Of a stretch of DNA of 64,000 bases, positions 11,300 through 23,632 are shown piece after piece. How positions within the stretch are numbered: the stretch's first letter is position 1; every line of letters starts with the position of its first letter. The stretch covers positions 310,001 to 374,000 of the forward strand of contig CP089277.1 in the NCBI GenBank assembly GCA_023920165.1, read 5' to 3'. The translations under genes were made by a program, and so were the position numbers. Under the pieces are notes generated by a model that ran no database searches, was not told where the DNA came from, and saw only the letters and a program-made list of their open reading frames with translations. This stretch comes from Curvularia clavata. Lineage: Eukaryota.

Positions 11300-12310
11300 T
11301 TAATGTGTAGTTTGCAAAGTAAGTACAGAGTACACAATCTTTACCGCTGACGCTTACAGTTGCCAGGAATGATTTGCATCAGCCTGCAACAGTCAAGAGC
11401 AGCCTGAGTCACCAGGTCGCCGAGAACGAAAGAGATGTGCTTGCAAGATTTCAACACCGCACCCCGTACCTCTGACCTCTGGTCGATGATATGGACGAGC
11501 TAGTGTTCCTCGGACCATTGCCTTCAGGCATTTGCGATCTGAACTTTGGGGCATTTCTATTTCGAAAATACTTTACATGGAGGAACTCAAAAACGTGCCA
11601 CGGTGTGCACTTGAGGCACTGAAGACCTTGAACAGATATGAGTTCGTGCAAACGGGTACGAAGACCATCTTAGACTTGGAAGATTCTATGTAAGTAATGC
11701 AAGGCCCAGATACGAAGCCGCATAACGTCTTATTGAACCTGCAAGACGGTGACATGCGCGTTTCCGAAGTCCAGTTAGGTGACCTAGATAGATGCGTCTC
11801 CGCTCAGTCAAAGCGGGCTATATCTGGCAGCATTTTCGGGGCAGCGGTTTCGACGAGCCCAGAATCCTCATGTAGATACCATGGAACACTGCAGATGACA
11901 TATGATCCTTCGGCGCTATGGCGCGTCCCAGTTCTACTAGAAATAGGGTATGAATGAAGAAGCTATGGAAATTCTTGCTTATCAGCCTTATCCACGGTGG
12001 TAACTTCTGCCTTTTCAACCTAGAAGAAGTCAAGTGTAGTGACAAGAGATATGTGGGTGCGGTTGTCCAACAGCAACTCACACAATTTGGTCCTTTCCCA
12101 GCAAATTTGCGGAAATTGTGGACGAGGAAGTGATAGCAGGTATCCTGATGATCATGAATCAAATCCCAAGGGACGAAATAAAACCTTTCTCGGGGATTTC
12201 AGAGAGAGAAGTCAGCCGCAAGGCTAACATGTTTATACATAAGATGATGAAACTGGATTGAAGAGACCACCTAACAGCAAAACAATTGCTGGAAGACGTA
12301 TGGTGGTCTC
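11300..12310 (+). pseudogene. Degenerate Ser/Thr protein kinase pseudogene
   Basis: Residual motifs ENERDVLARFQHRTPYL*PLVDD, QTDTKPHNVLLN, VQLGDL, SPE, WNTADDI*SFG and QFGPFP lie in different frames with in-frame stops. Intron remnants at ~11319-11359 and ~11656-11709. Confidence 0.75.
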
Positions 12311-12799
12311 AGGAAGAGGAAGAGCAGCAGCAGCAGCACATGTATCAAGACCATCGACCTCTCTACGCTTGAGTAGGCGTAAGTCGCTCACTGCCAGATG
12401 ACACAGCAAAGAGGACAAATTGGGGTCAGGGCGTGGAAATGAGCGGAAGTCAGGCACTAAAATAATATGTAACAACTAATAACGAATGGTTCAAACTCGC
12501 CAGCACCTGTCTGCCCTGGATCCACGTGATCGTGGGAACGGCTTTTCGGCGTGCCGGTTGCACAACGCCTCCCAAAACGACACAAGATCTGGAATGATGG
12601 CCAAGACCATGTCGTAGCTGGCAAAGTAGAGCAGATAGAAAAGAACCTCTCCACTCAAATTGGTTTGTTCAGTACCTCTTTAACAGAAAGCTCAATCAAA
12701 CCAGGCAGTGAATCAAAACAGCTTTCACAAAACCAAAGTCCTCTTCCACTTCTGCAATCAACGCCTCCGTTCCTGTATTCATTAGTAACACCGTAAATG

Positions 12800-13608
12800 C
12801 TAATGTGAAAAGAGAAAGGACATCTCAAAATCCTGCCCTCCATCCGCAAAAGACACTCGCCTGCCTCTCCTATCTCTCGGGTCCGCCCTTCCCTGCCCTT
12901 GTAGTGCTGACTCATCACCTCGCCGCAAACTTTCGGCTGGATACGCTCCCCTAGTCTCAGGCGAAGAGGTTGCTGGCTGGAAACGCGACTGCCTCTGCTC
13001 CAGGCCAGGATCCGCAATGCGTCTCTGACCAGCTAGCTCGATCATTTTGTCTGCCTCGCGTGCTGGTATAGGTACGTTGGAGCCCCATTCGGCGGCCGCG
13101 TCACAAAAGTCGATAATTTCTCGTCTTTCAGCTACCATGCATCAGTGTCTGATTTCTCACGGTAAAAGACACTGGCTAACTTACCGTCCGTCATTTCCCT
13201 CGACCGATCCGTGCCACCACTTCCCCGCGGCTGCAGCAGCGACCGATCCGGATTCATCTGCATGAAGCGGATAGGGAAGCGCGGCTGTTTCTTCATCCTA
13301 GACACGATAATCGGATACATGTGTGTGTATTCGTCTTTCTGCCTTCCTGAGATCTTGGCCAGTGCGTCATTGCTACTGAAGGGTGCGAGGAAATTGACGA
13401 GCCAGATGATGTCAGCGTCGCGGCACGGATAGTATTCCAGGCTCTCGATTAGTTGCTTTGTCAAACTCAGTGCAAAGAGGCCAATGATGATGAAACCGGG
13501 GGTCGGTGGTAGTGGTGGTGAGGAGGACCGAGGAGGGAAGCGCGGTGGTGCTGATGGCGCGCGCCCGATATCTGGGAGCGGAGAGAGATTGGGTTGGCGG
13601 TGCTGCAT
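12800..13608 (-). CDS. Hypothetical protein, 2 exons
   Basis: ATG at 13608. An intron GTAAGT...CTGAT...TAG (~13184-13132) joins the 158-aa and 112-aa ORFs in frame. No recognisable domain. Confidence 0.55.
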
Positions 13609-14690
13609 GGTTCAAGTCAAATTATGAGGGTAAATGGCACAGTAAAGACCTGGTGTTGATTAATGGAATTTATGCCTTCTTAGCGGTAAGCGGTGGCAGT
13701 GGCAGGTGCACTTGGGCAAACGCAGACTGTCTCTCACACAGCCTGTGAAGCTGGACAATGGCAACATACTGTAGAAGGGGTTGTAGTTTTCAAGTCGTTT
13801 GTTGTTTATTGTACACTTAGTGCAAAAAACGGATTCAATCGCGTCAATTTGTTAAGAGTAAGGTTCTTGAGTGGAAGTAATATAAGACTTCTGGTGTCAA
13901 GACTCTAGAGGTTGGTTTTCGCGGATGAAGTAACAGTGTGTTATAAACAGTTCTGTAAGTAACTTGTATATTATACTTATACTCGTAACTTAAGTTGAAT
14001 ATATTAAGCTATAAAGGTTCGATGCCTATTGCTATATACTAAGGAGCGTGGCTTGTTTATTGTTGAGCACTCTACTGCTTAATACTAAGTACTGTTGATT
14101 GGTCCGTCTCCTGTGTTATGATTGGCTGTCCGTGCTCGGTACTGAGCACTGTGGGTCCTGCTCAATGGTGAGCGCTTGCTCACTACTGAGCGGTCACGTG
14201 ACTGTGGTACGGCGGCACCAAAAGTCCCGGTTGTCGGATTTGTGGTCATTCTGACGAACGGTAATTGAGACACGACTCTTAAAGCAGCGGCAGTTGTCAC
14301 AGTAATTTATCATGTTGATGACTTGTCTTTTGTTTTCCCATTTTACTGGTTGTAGGGGAGTTACAAAGGCCTAGAGGGAGATTTCTGTGTAAAACCCTAC
14401 AAGAATGAGTTGGTCTTACCAACTGAATCCGCTTAAGAAGCAAACTGACTTAACAAACTATGTTTTAGTTGGGCTAACTGTGAATCTGGGTATCAGCAGC
14501 ATCTCGCTTTATGGTTGCATCAGAATAGGGCAGGGAATTGTGCACATGAGGGTAAAAAGCCAGTCCGAGTCTAATATCCGCAATCATGCCGTATGTGTGT
14601 ATGTCTGTTGGAGAGAAAAGGATCAAAAAATCATCATTCCCCCCAACGCCGAACCCATGCATTTCGTCAGGTCATTTCAACGTAGTGTCT

Positions 14691-16187
14691 CTACTGCGTC
14701 GCGCACTGAGGGCCACCTTCACCCTCGTCCTCGTCTTCCCACTCGGCACCGCCAGCTCGTGGATCACCACTGCCAGCTCCGAACTCTTCCATGTCAGCAT
14801 CCCATTCAATCTCGACTTCCTCGACGTCTTCGTGCTTCTCATCGTTCTTCTCGTCCTTGGGCAGTGCGTCGCGGACCTTTTGCACAGCGGCCTCGCTCTT
14901 GAGCCATCCGTCCTCAGGGAACTCGATATCGACAACGAGGTACAAGTCGCCCCTGGCATCGCTCTTCTTGTAAGGCATACCCTCGCCCTCAATCTTGAGC
15001 ACCTGTCCTGGTCGGAGAACCTTGCCTTCAGGCTGTTGGACGTTGAGCTTGATACCCCTTCCGTCGAGGTGAGTGAGAACAACACGGTTGAAGCCGGTAA
15101 GCGCTTCGGCCAAACTAATCTTGAGTTCAGCGCGGAGGTCGGCTCCAGCGCGCTCGAATACATCATGCGGTGTCTCCGTGAGGGTGAAGATGATATCGCC
15201 GGGCTCCTGGTCAGGCAGTTGATCCGCCTCTCCCGCTAGGACAATCCTCTCGCCTTCGCGGGCACCACGTGGAATGTAAAGTTCAAGGACATTCTTGGCC
15301 TCGACGACCTTTTTGCCCTTGCACTTCTTGCAGCGCTGCTTCTCGGGGATGACTTGGCCAGAGCCTTGACAGTTACCGCAAGGCACTGTCTCTTGAGTGA
15401 CAAGGCCAGGTCCGACTTGGCGGAGTACCTGTTTAGCACCTACAAATGTTAGTACTTCAGATATGAATTCGAAAGGGACAACATACCCCTTCCATTACAC
15501 ACAGAGCAAGAGTTGCTCTTAGCGCCCTGCTTGCCGCCACTGCCGTTGCATAGGTTGCAGATGATGTTCTTGGTGTTTGCGAACTTGGTCGTTTTGCCCT
15601 TGTACAGCTCTTCCAGCGAGACCTCGTACTCTTGCTCTACGGACCGTCCTTTGCGAGGGACATGGCGCCCACCGGGCATTCCTCCCATGCCGCCCATACC
15701 ACCCATGCCGGGCATGCCTCCGAATCCGCCCATACCGCCAAACATCTGGGCAAAGATGTCGTCAATGTCGGGGCCTTCACCGCCCATGCCTCCTTTGGAG
15801 GGGTCAAAGGCGGCCATGCCGTGGGTGTCGTACAGGTGGCGCTTGTCATCGTCGGAAAGAATCTCGTAGGCCTGCTTTGCGGCCTTGAAGCGGACCTCGG
15901 CCTCTGCACGATCTTCCTCTGCGACCTTATCCGGGTGGTGTGCGAGCGCAGCCTGGGCATATTAGAGACATGCGAGTTTGAGCGTCGTCATCGCTGCCTA
16001 CGTACTTTGTGATAGGCCTTTTTAATCTCGACCTTGGTGGCGCCCTTTTCGATCTCAAGGATCTCTGGTTCTGTGAGTTTGTGGCTTTTTTGCGCACGTA
16101 TGTAGACATACCGTAGAGGTCGATTTCTTCATCCACTGCGCTCGAGTTAGCATGTAGTCATGGCGTGATAGGTGGAAAATACATACT
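14691..16187 (-). CDS. Type I DnaJ co-chaperone (Xdj1/Ydj1-like), multi-exon
   Basis: J-domain (HHPDK), G/M-rich linker, CxxCxGxG zinc fingers, C-terminal CaaX box CATQ. The start ATG forms only on splicing (A16187 + TG16135-16134). Confidence 0.92.
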
Positions 16188-16458
16188 CTTGTGCCGAGTG
16201 TCTGGGTTGAGCGGGTGAGTGAGGAAGGCAAAAAGATGCAGTTCCCAAAGAGATATATACAAGAAGAACAGGCGCAACGTCCAGGGCTGCCTACCAGAGT
16301 TCGAGCAAACGGCAGCGGCAACAAAGTTTCTCTTGGTAGGTCGATCACTTTGTAATGCGGGCAAAAGTTCAGACGCGCCCGCACTAAGGTCTGTAGGTAG
16401 AAGAGATCCCTGTCTACTATTTTCACACGCGAACCGGCAACTCTGGTTCACCACCGCC

Positions 16459-18084
16459 ATGTCCGCTTCTATCCTCCTTCGCCCGCAATTCCCCGCCTAC
16501 ACATGCCGCTCATGTCTTCTACGCCTCTCGCGCAGTCCGCGCCGCCAAATCAGCTCCAAGGCGCCAAAGGACCAGAAAGCTAATGCGGCCTTGCCCTCGT
16601 TTCCTGCACGTACGCGCTTCGCACCCTCGCCGACGGGCTATCTGCACCTAGGATCACTCCGAACAGCGCTATTCAATTACCTCCTCGCCAAACGGACAGG
16701 CGGCCAGTTTCTTCTCCGGATAGAAGATACAGACCAGAAACGCACAGTACCGGACGCCGAACAGCGCCTCTTTGACGACCTGCGATGGGCGGGGCTGGAA
16801 TGGGATGAGGGGCCACAAGTGGGAGGACCATACGGGCCATACAAACAGTCTGAAAGGAGCGAACTGTACCGGCAGCATGCGCACAAGCTGCTCGAATCGG
16901 GCAATGCATACCGCTGTTTCTGTTCAGCAGAGCGCTTAAATGCGCTGGCTGAACATAGGCACAAGCTCGGTATAGCCACCGACTACGATCGAACATGTGC
17001 CCCAATATCCAAGGAGGAGAGTGATGACCGGGCCGCAAGGGGAGAAGCACATGTCATCCGTCTCAAAGTGCCAGAGCAGTATCCGACTTACAAAGACCTC
17101 ATCTACGGCACCTTTCGCCCTCTGAAGCGACGCGGCCATGTCACAGAAACCGCCTACGAGGACCCTATCCTCCTCAAATCCGACGGTCTGCCAACATATC
17201 ACCTGGCCAATGTCGTCGACGACCACCTCATGAAAATCACACACGTCATTCGCGGCAGCGAGTGGATGCCCAGCACGCCCAAGCACATTGCCATGTACCA
17301 AGCATTTGGCTGGCAGCCCCCAGAGTTCGCTCACGTCGGCCTTCTCGTTGACGAAAACGGCAACAAACTCAGCAAGCGCAACTTCGACACCGACATCACC
17401 GCCTTCAAAGAGATGGAGATCTTCCCTGAGACACTGACCAACTTCGCCGCCCTACTTGGCTGGAGCCACAAGGAAAAATCCGATGTCATGGACCTTGCGA
17501 CGCTGATCAAGAACTTCTCCCTCAAGTTCACAAAAGGCAATTCGACCGTCACATTCGGCAAAATGCACTTCTTGCAGCGCAAACATGCCGCCCTCCGCGC
17601 CGAACAAGGCGGTGCTCCCTTGCAAGAAATCGTCGACAACATCGCCACTCTCCTGCTCTCCACAGACTCTCCTTACAAAGACTGGAAATCTGTCGTCCGC
17701 TCGCCCTTTCCACAAGACTACATCAAGCGCATCGTGCAGGTCGACGCTGAAAACTACACAAACGCAAACGAGTTCTTGTATCGCAATTCCTTCTTTTTTA
17801 TACCGCTGAGACCCTACCACAAGGCTCCTCCCGTCACAACGACTTCGGATATCCCCATGCGCGCGCAGATGCTGTCGCAGGTATCTGAAAAGGACTGGGA
17901 TAAAGAGCATCTGATGAAAAAGGTGCATGAGATTATCGATGGTAGGGAGGAAGGAAAGAAGGGTAGCAAGGACGTGTATCATTATCTCCGGAAGACGGTT
18001 ACGGGACAGGAGCAGGGTATGCGCATTTATGATGTTATGATTATACTCGGAAGGGAGGAGACGCTGGCGAGGTTGGGGTGCTGA
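16459..18084 (+). CDS. MSE1: Mitochondrial glutamyl-tRNA synthetase
   Basis: R/S/L-rich presequence; RTRFAPSPTGYLHLGSLRTA (HIGH motif), LRIEDTD and KLSKR (KMSKS motif). Confidence 0.95.
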   Translation: MSASILLRPQFPAYTCRSCLLRLSRSPRRQISSKAPKDQKANAALPSFPARTRFAPSPTGYLHLGSLRTALFNYLLAKRTGGQFLLRIEDTDQKRTVPDAEQRLFDDLRWAGLEWDEGPQVGGPYGPYKQSERSELYRQHAHKLLESGNAYRCFCSAERLNALAEHRHKLGIATDYDRTCAPISKEESDDRAARGEAHVIRLKVPEQYPTYKDLIYGTFRPLKRRGHVTETAYEDPILLKSDGLPTYHLANVVDDHLMKITHVIRGSEWMPSTPKHIAMYQAFGWQPPEFAHVGLLVDENGNKLSKRNFDTDITAFKEMEIFPETLTNFAALLGWSHKEKSDVMDLATLIKNFSLKFTKGNSTVTFGKMHFLQRKHAALRAEQGGAPLQEIVDNIATLLLSTDSPYKDWKSVVRSPFPQDYIKRIVQVDAENYTNANEFLYRNSFFFIPLRPYHKAPPVTTTSDIPMRAQMLSQVSEKDWDKEHLMKKVHEIIDGREEGKKGSKDVYHYLRKTVTGQEQGMRIYDVMIILGREETLARLGC

Positions 18085-18351
18085 TAGAAGGATAGGAATG
18101 TGTAGCAGATGCGTAGTTTTGACGATAATGAAAGAAAGAATACTGTAGGATACGAACGAGGGATCACAAAGTGATTCATCATGGTCATCAGCGCCGTCAT
18201 GATGGGTCTTTCAGTAACACTACCATATGTAATTCTATGATACCCTTCAGAGAAATAAAAACTCCGCTTTGTTTGCCGTTTCCACGCCGTAAAACGCCTT
18301 TGCCATGCTGTCCAGTCATTGCACAATATCCACACACCTCTTCGAGCTGCA

Positions 18352-19502
18352 TCAAGACGTCTCCATTTCAACAACGTCTGGGCTCTTAGCCTCACCTTCG
18401 CTGTGCAGATTAAACACCTTCTCCTTGACCTTTGCCGCCAACAAACCCATATCTTCTTCGCGCGCAATCTTGGATCCCGCCGCACCCAACTTGGCCAATT
18501 GGTTCTTGCCCTCGAGGCCACTCCCGTAACCCTGGCCCTTGAAGCGTGAGCTGTTGTGGGTTTCCTGCTGCATCTTGCGCGCGAGGTCGGAGATTTGCTT
18601 GGTGCCGTAGTCGCGGTTGGAGATGAGGGGCGACGACGAAAGCGTCTGCACCCAGTACTTGTTCCAGAGTGCTTCGAGCAGCTTGGCGTCGAGAGAGGAC
18701 TTGTAGTGTGAGACTTCCAGAGAGTAGTAGTGGCTAGCATGTGCACCAAAGTCCTCAATCTTGCCCAATGGAATCGTCTCAAAACCGTCGCTGTCTGCAC
18801 CTCCAGTCATCTTGGAACCACCACCTACCTTCTGCTGGTTTTCGACGTATTCAGTAGAATATGTGCGGAAAGCGCCAATCTCGACTTTGCCTGCTGAGAT
18901 GGTTCGGTCGGGGTCAATGACGATGGCACAGAAGGGGTCCTGGAATTGCTGCTGTGTTTTCTGTGTGTTGACGTCGATACCGGAAAGCCAGCAGCCGTAG
19001 CCCGGATGTGAATGGTACCAGCCTACAGCGTTCTCCATTTGCCCTTGCTCTCGTGCTCGCTGCAGAAACTCGACCATGTACTCGTTTGCCTCGTCCTGCG
19101 CATTGACCCGTGTCTCTGTACCCTCAACAGGCAGGCGGAAGGCATCTGTAACGATAAAGGTATGTGCTTCCACCTTGCCCAGCATCAAGCCCATAACCTC
19201 GAGGGAGCCACCTGAACGCGCGTGCATGACCATCTTGAGGAGGGCGATGGCGGAGATGCGGACAGAGGTGAAGTAGTTGGGGTCGGTTCGCCATGGGCGC
19301 GCATCGTTGATGGCTTTCTGAGCGGAGGAAGAGTAGTTGTATAGTGCATCTTTGCTGGGGTCAACGAGCTTTATCGAGTTCTCGAGTTCTGTACGAGGCA
19401 GGTTAGCAATATGGTCAAGTGGCGGGACATGTGGGGTGCATGTGGTGCTGTGCTATTGCAGAAATGTGACCACTCACCCCATGTCTTCAGTGCGGTAGCC
19501 AT
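18352..19502 (-). CDS. CSN5: COP9 signalosome subunit 5 (JAMM deneddylase)
   Basis: Short exon 1 MATALKTW, intron ~19477-19389. [17 protein letters not shown] and JAMM motif [17 protein letters not shown]. Confidence 0.96.
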
Positions 19503-19777
19503 TGTGCAGTGCTGTTAGAAATGGTACCGCAGAGTTGTGTTGTTTGTTATGTCAATGGCTGGAGGTGGGGAACTGTATACCTAGAGTGATGTTAGGATTG
19601 CGGGGAGCTCGGGAACGCCAAGAGATGACCAGGCACCAGCATATGGCGTCGGACAGCGCGACTATGGTGAATTAAGCTACGTGAATAGAATCTGTAGCAT
19701 ATACAATGCTTTCTTCAGTCTGAACTAGCGGGATATTACCATTTAGAGTCCCACATTCCCTCACATCTGGCTATAAT

Positions 19778-20472
19778 CTATTTGGTCCTTCTCGACTGAT
19801 CTTCCCATCCCGATCGCTCGTTCATCTTCTTGGCCTCCTCCTCCATTTTCTTGACCCATCTCTTGGTCAAGTCGTCGTTCTCCTTGCGCAGCTTCTCCTT
19901 CTCCTGCTCTGCCATGTTCAGTTGGAGGTTCAGCGCCACCAACTCGTCATGCACTTCCTCGACAAGTCTTCCTTTGCCCTTGAGTTCTTCTGCGGTGTCC
20001 CTAGCCCGCCTCTCCAGTGCCATTCGCGTCTTCTCTAGTTGCTCTATGCGTCGTCTTTGTTCGGTATCGGTGGTCTTGAGAGCGGCGAGTTCAGCAGAGA
20101 TGGTTCTGAGCTGCCCTTCTAAGTCGCTCCGAGTGCGCTGAGTGGCTGCCAGCTCAGCGCGGAGTTGCGCAACAGCAGACGATGGCGCAACATCTGGCGT
20201 CGCGGGGCTTTTGCCCTTGCCTTTGGGCGTCAAGGACCTCGGAGACGCGCTGGCAGATGGAGATTCTTCGACCGCGACGACTGGATGCGCCTGGTTTGCT
20301 GTACTGTCGGCGAGCTTTGTATCTGCGTACCATGAGCCCCCAGTCAACGCTTCAGCGCAACGCAGCGCAGGCAGAAAGCCTTCTTACAGGCGTTGACGTA
20401 GGCCTCGTGCGCCTTTTCCCGTGTGTCGCGCGCTTGTAATGCAGCTAGATAGTCTTCTAGTGGGTTACTCAT
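19778..20472 (-). CDS. ATG16: Autophagy protein Atg16 (coiled coil), 2 exons
   Basis: Exon 1 MSNPLEDYLAALQARDTREKAH..YVNA, intron from ~20387. Coiled coil with HDELVALNLQLNMAE and ENDDLTKRW. Confidence 0.88.
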
Positions 20473-20756
20473 GGCGGCAGGCCAAGTTGGTTGTAGCGAA
20501 AATAGTAATGCGACAGGCCTGCCGGTATCATGGTGGTGGTTACATGGGGTGGGCTGGAGATGGTCACGGAGGTGTGAGCTGGCGGGGTGGTGCGGCCTTC
20601 TCGGAGGTCGTCGCTGCTCCGATTCGATCCCGACCGGTGCTAGCGTCGATCGAAAACAGTGAAGCTTCTTGGATTACATCTCGAACCACCATTGACAACT
20701 TTTCTTTTGACTCCTGCTCCCTGCTCCACCTTTTTCGAGACTACAAACAACCAAAT

Positions 20757-21572
20757 ATGCCCCCAACACACATCTCCGGAACCTCACGTGCCCTCTACCG
20801 GGTGTTCATCGCCCCATCTCTACGCAACACTACTTCGATCCCACTACTGTACGCTCCCGCATTTGCGCCATCAACATCAGCTTCCACGTCTCTCGCCTCC
20901 TCAACTCCCAGCCTAACCTCCCGGACGTCAATTCGCACAAAGAAGTACACCAAAGATACTCGCCGCCATGCACTATCAGACTACTATATCCTGGACAACG
21001 CCATCCAAGCCAACCGCATAAACTTCGTAGACGAAGATGGCAAATTCTACAAGAACGTTCCGTTGGACGAGGTCCTCGCAAGTGTCCAAAAGACTACTCA
21101 TCACCTAGTGCAAATGACGCCCGGCAAAGTCGACGAATTCGGGCAAGCCGACCCCGACAACCTGCCAACCTGCCGCGTCATTTCCAAAATGGATCTCCGC
21201 AATCAACATGAGCGCAAGCTTGACACGCTGCGCCGCCAGGCGAAAGGACAAGGCGCCGGTCCGTCTTCCAAGTCCCTCGAACTCAATTGGGCCATTGCTC
21301 CCGGCGACCTAAAGCACAGGCTAGGATCGCTGAAGAAGTTTCTCAAGGAAGGGAGAAAGGTTGAGGTTATGCTGGGCCCAAAGAGGCACGGAAGGAAGGC
21401 CACGCCCGAAGAAGCTGATGCAGTTTTGAAGGCAGTCAAGGATGCTGTGCAAGACTGTAAGGGATCTAGCGAGGTCAAGAGCGAGGGGCAAGTGGGAGGG
21501 GTAATGATGGTGGTTTTCCAGGGCAGAAAGGTGGAGAAAAAGGATGATGATGGCGCGGCGGAAGACTCTTGA
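20757..21572 (+). CDS. Mitochondrial translation initiation factor IF-3 (Aim23-like)
   Basis: Presequence-like N-terminus. KSLELNWAIAPGDLKHRL..LKKFLKEGRKVEV is the fungal IF3 C-domain signature. Confidence 0.82.
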   Translation: MPPTHISGTSRALYRVFIAPSLRNTTSIPLLYAPAFAPSTSASTSLASSTPSLTSRTSIRTKKYTKDTRRHALSDYYILDNAIQANRINFVDEDGKFYKNVPLDEVLASVQKTTHHLVQMTPGKVDEFGQADPDNLPTCRVISKMDLRNQHERKLDTLRRQAKGQGAGPSSKSLELNWAIAPGDLKHRLGSLKKFLKEGRKVEVMLGPKRHGRKATPEEADAVLKAVKDAVQDCKGSSEVKSEGQVGGVMMVVFQGRKVEKKDDDGAAEDS

Positions 21573-21762
21573 GTCAATTATCTGAGTAAACCCAACTCTA
21601 AACAGGGTTTAGAATAAAGGGAGCGGAGGAAGCAAAGAAGCATCTAGACATGCACCATGTAACACTAACTGCCATCTTGCATAGTATGTAAATCATAAAG
21701 CCACGACTCATGAGCGTCTATAGATACAATTGTACAATATCACATACTTCTACATAAGAAGC

Positions 21763-23495
21763 TTATATCTTCTTTTCCTCTTTGCTCGTTTCAACGTCCA
21801 CTTCACTCGACAGACCTTCGACATCCTCTGCGTTCTCAGCCTCCAGCTCAGCCCTCTTCAACTCAAGCGCCTCATCACACGCACGAACCTCCTCTTGTGC
21901 TTTTTGCTTTCCAGCAAAGTCACCCTTGAGGTTTGCAACGAGCAGCTTCTGCTTTGCGACCTCGAGTCTCGCCTGAAGCAAAGCCATCTCAACGTCATCG
22001 ACAAAGGTCCGCTCCACGCTAGCCGCTTCGAGCAATTCCTCTGCCTTTTCCGGCTCGCCGCTGAGCTTCAGGGCCTCGACACGGTGCTCGTGCACCTGGG
22101 CGGCAAGGAGAGCAGCCTCATACTGGATCTCGAACTTTTCTACTTCAAGTTCCCGTGTTTCAATCATGAGCTCTTCTGCCTTCTGGCGGGAAGTTTCCGA
22201 GGCAGTGTTAACGTTGTCGTCCTTGATGTTGATTTGGTAGTTGAGGGCTTGGATGCGGGGGAAGCGGTCGGCCTCGCCGTGCTCAAGGTAGTCGTCAAAA
22301 GACATGCCAGTCTTCTCTGCGAACTGAACCTCCTTGGCTTCAGCTAGCAGGTTGTATGCCGAGATAGTGAGCTCCGTTCGCTTGGGGCCTTGAGGGAGTG
22401 ACTCGGCTTCGGCATAACGTCGTGTTGCTGTGTCTTCGTATGCTTCAGCGCGGAGAGCCTCCTTATCCTCGGGCTGAGCGAGCGACAGAGCGCGGAACTC
22501 TTCCCAACCAACGATTGATTCAAGGTCTGTAGGTGGTGATGATCGAATGAGGCTCTTGTGCCATGGCTGCAGCGCCTTGTGTGTAAGATCTTCCTCGTGA
22601 GAAAGCAGAATGTTGTGCAAGGCGTCGCGCTCAATAATGACGCGAGAGAGCTCAAGCAAGTTTTTAACGTCAACCTCTTCCCATGTAAGGGTTTGCTCGC
22701 CGCGGTCCATTTCCACTAGGGCCTGCTCCAGCAGTGGTCGCTCCTCCAAAGTAACCATCAAGCTCCGACCCTTGCCCCTCAGCTTCTCATGGTGCTTGAA
22801 AATATCGCTCAGCAACCTTGTCGAGGGACTTTCAATCTCCATGGCGTTGTCGACGATGATGAGTTCGCCTTTCCTGAATCGATATGATAGCGCAGTGCGC
22901 CATGCAAGGTCGTAGACCTTCTTGGGTAGCTCTGATGAAAAGTCTCGTGGTTTCGGGCCAAATGCGACACCTCCACCTCTCAGCATTGGTGACTTCTTGT
23001 CTCCTAGACGAGCGCGACCTGTGCCCTTTTGCGGTCGAATCTTTCTGGCTGAACCGCGGACTTCATATCTGGTTTTGGTAGAGGCGGTACCTAACCGGGT
23101 CATGTCTCCTTCGTAGACCACAGCACGGTGCAGTATGTCTCGTCTTGTAGGTAAGTACAAGTGATTTGCCGGATATTGCTCGAACCGTAGCGGCTCGAGG
23201 GAGGGGAATTGGTGGATAGTCGCCAAGACAGTCTGCTCTTCGAATGGTTTGACGGGAACATAGTCGGCGGATGGCTGTCTGATTGACGATAGCGTGGCAT
23301 TGGCTGGCGCAGATGTAGTTATAGAGCGGATTGAGGGTGTGCATAGAGATTTCTGTGAAGCGTTAGCGGGTCGCATGCTGCAAGAATGAGGCTACTTACA
23401 GCGCAGCGCGAGCACAGCGGACTCTGCCGTATCGACAGTCTGCTCAATTGCCATGTGACGCCCCGCATCGGCGCGGATATCCTCGAGGAAGCCAT
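21763..23495 (-). CDS. YML6: Mitochondrial ribosomal protein uL4m (YmL6-like) with long C-terminal extension
   Basis: Exon 1 23495-23400, intron 23399-23353. L4 motif TKTRYEVRGSARKIRPQKGTGRARLG..SPMLRGGGVAFGPKPRDF. Confidence 0.9.
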
Positions 23496-23632
23496 GCCGG
23501 GTCGGGTATCGAAAAAAGTCACCAAGTTGAAGTCGCGGAGTTGAAGGCGGAGGTTTCGGTGCACGGACCCTCAACCATCACCACATTTTCTAGCAGCACT
23601 GTCGGTACATCGACACCAAGCCATCGCCCACC

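Noticed and set aside
13860..14090. AT-rich patch as a transposon or LTR
   Set aside because: No terminal repeats, target-site duplication or transposase/RT motifs were seen.
16219..16458. N-terminal extension of the GluRS ORF to 621 aa
   Set aside because: It begins at a non-ATG codon in the divergent promoter. The ATG at 16459 has good context and is followed by a presequence.
20421..20756. Upstream extension of the IF3 ORF
   Set aside because: It overlaps Atg16 exon 1 and the shared promoter; the ATG at 20757 fits better.
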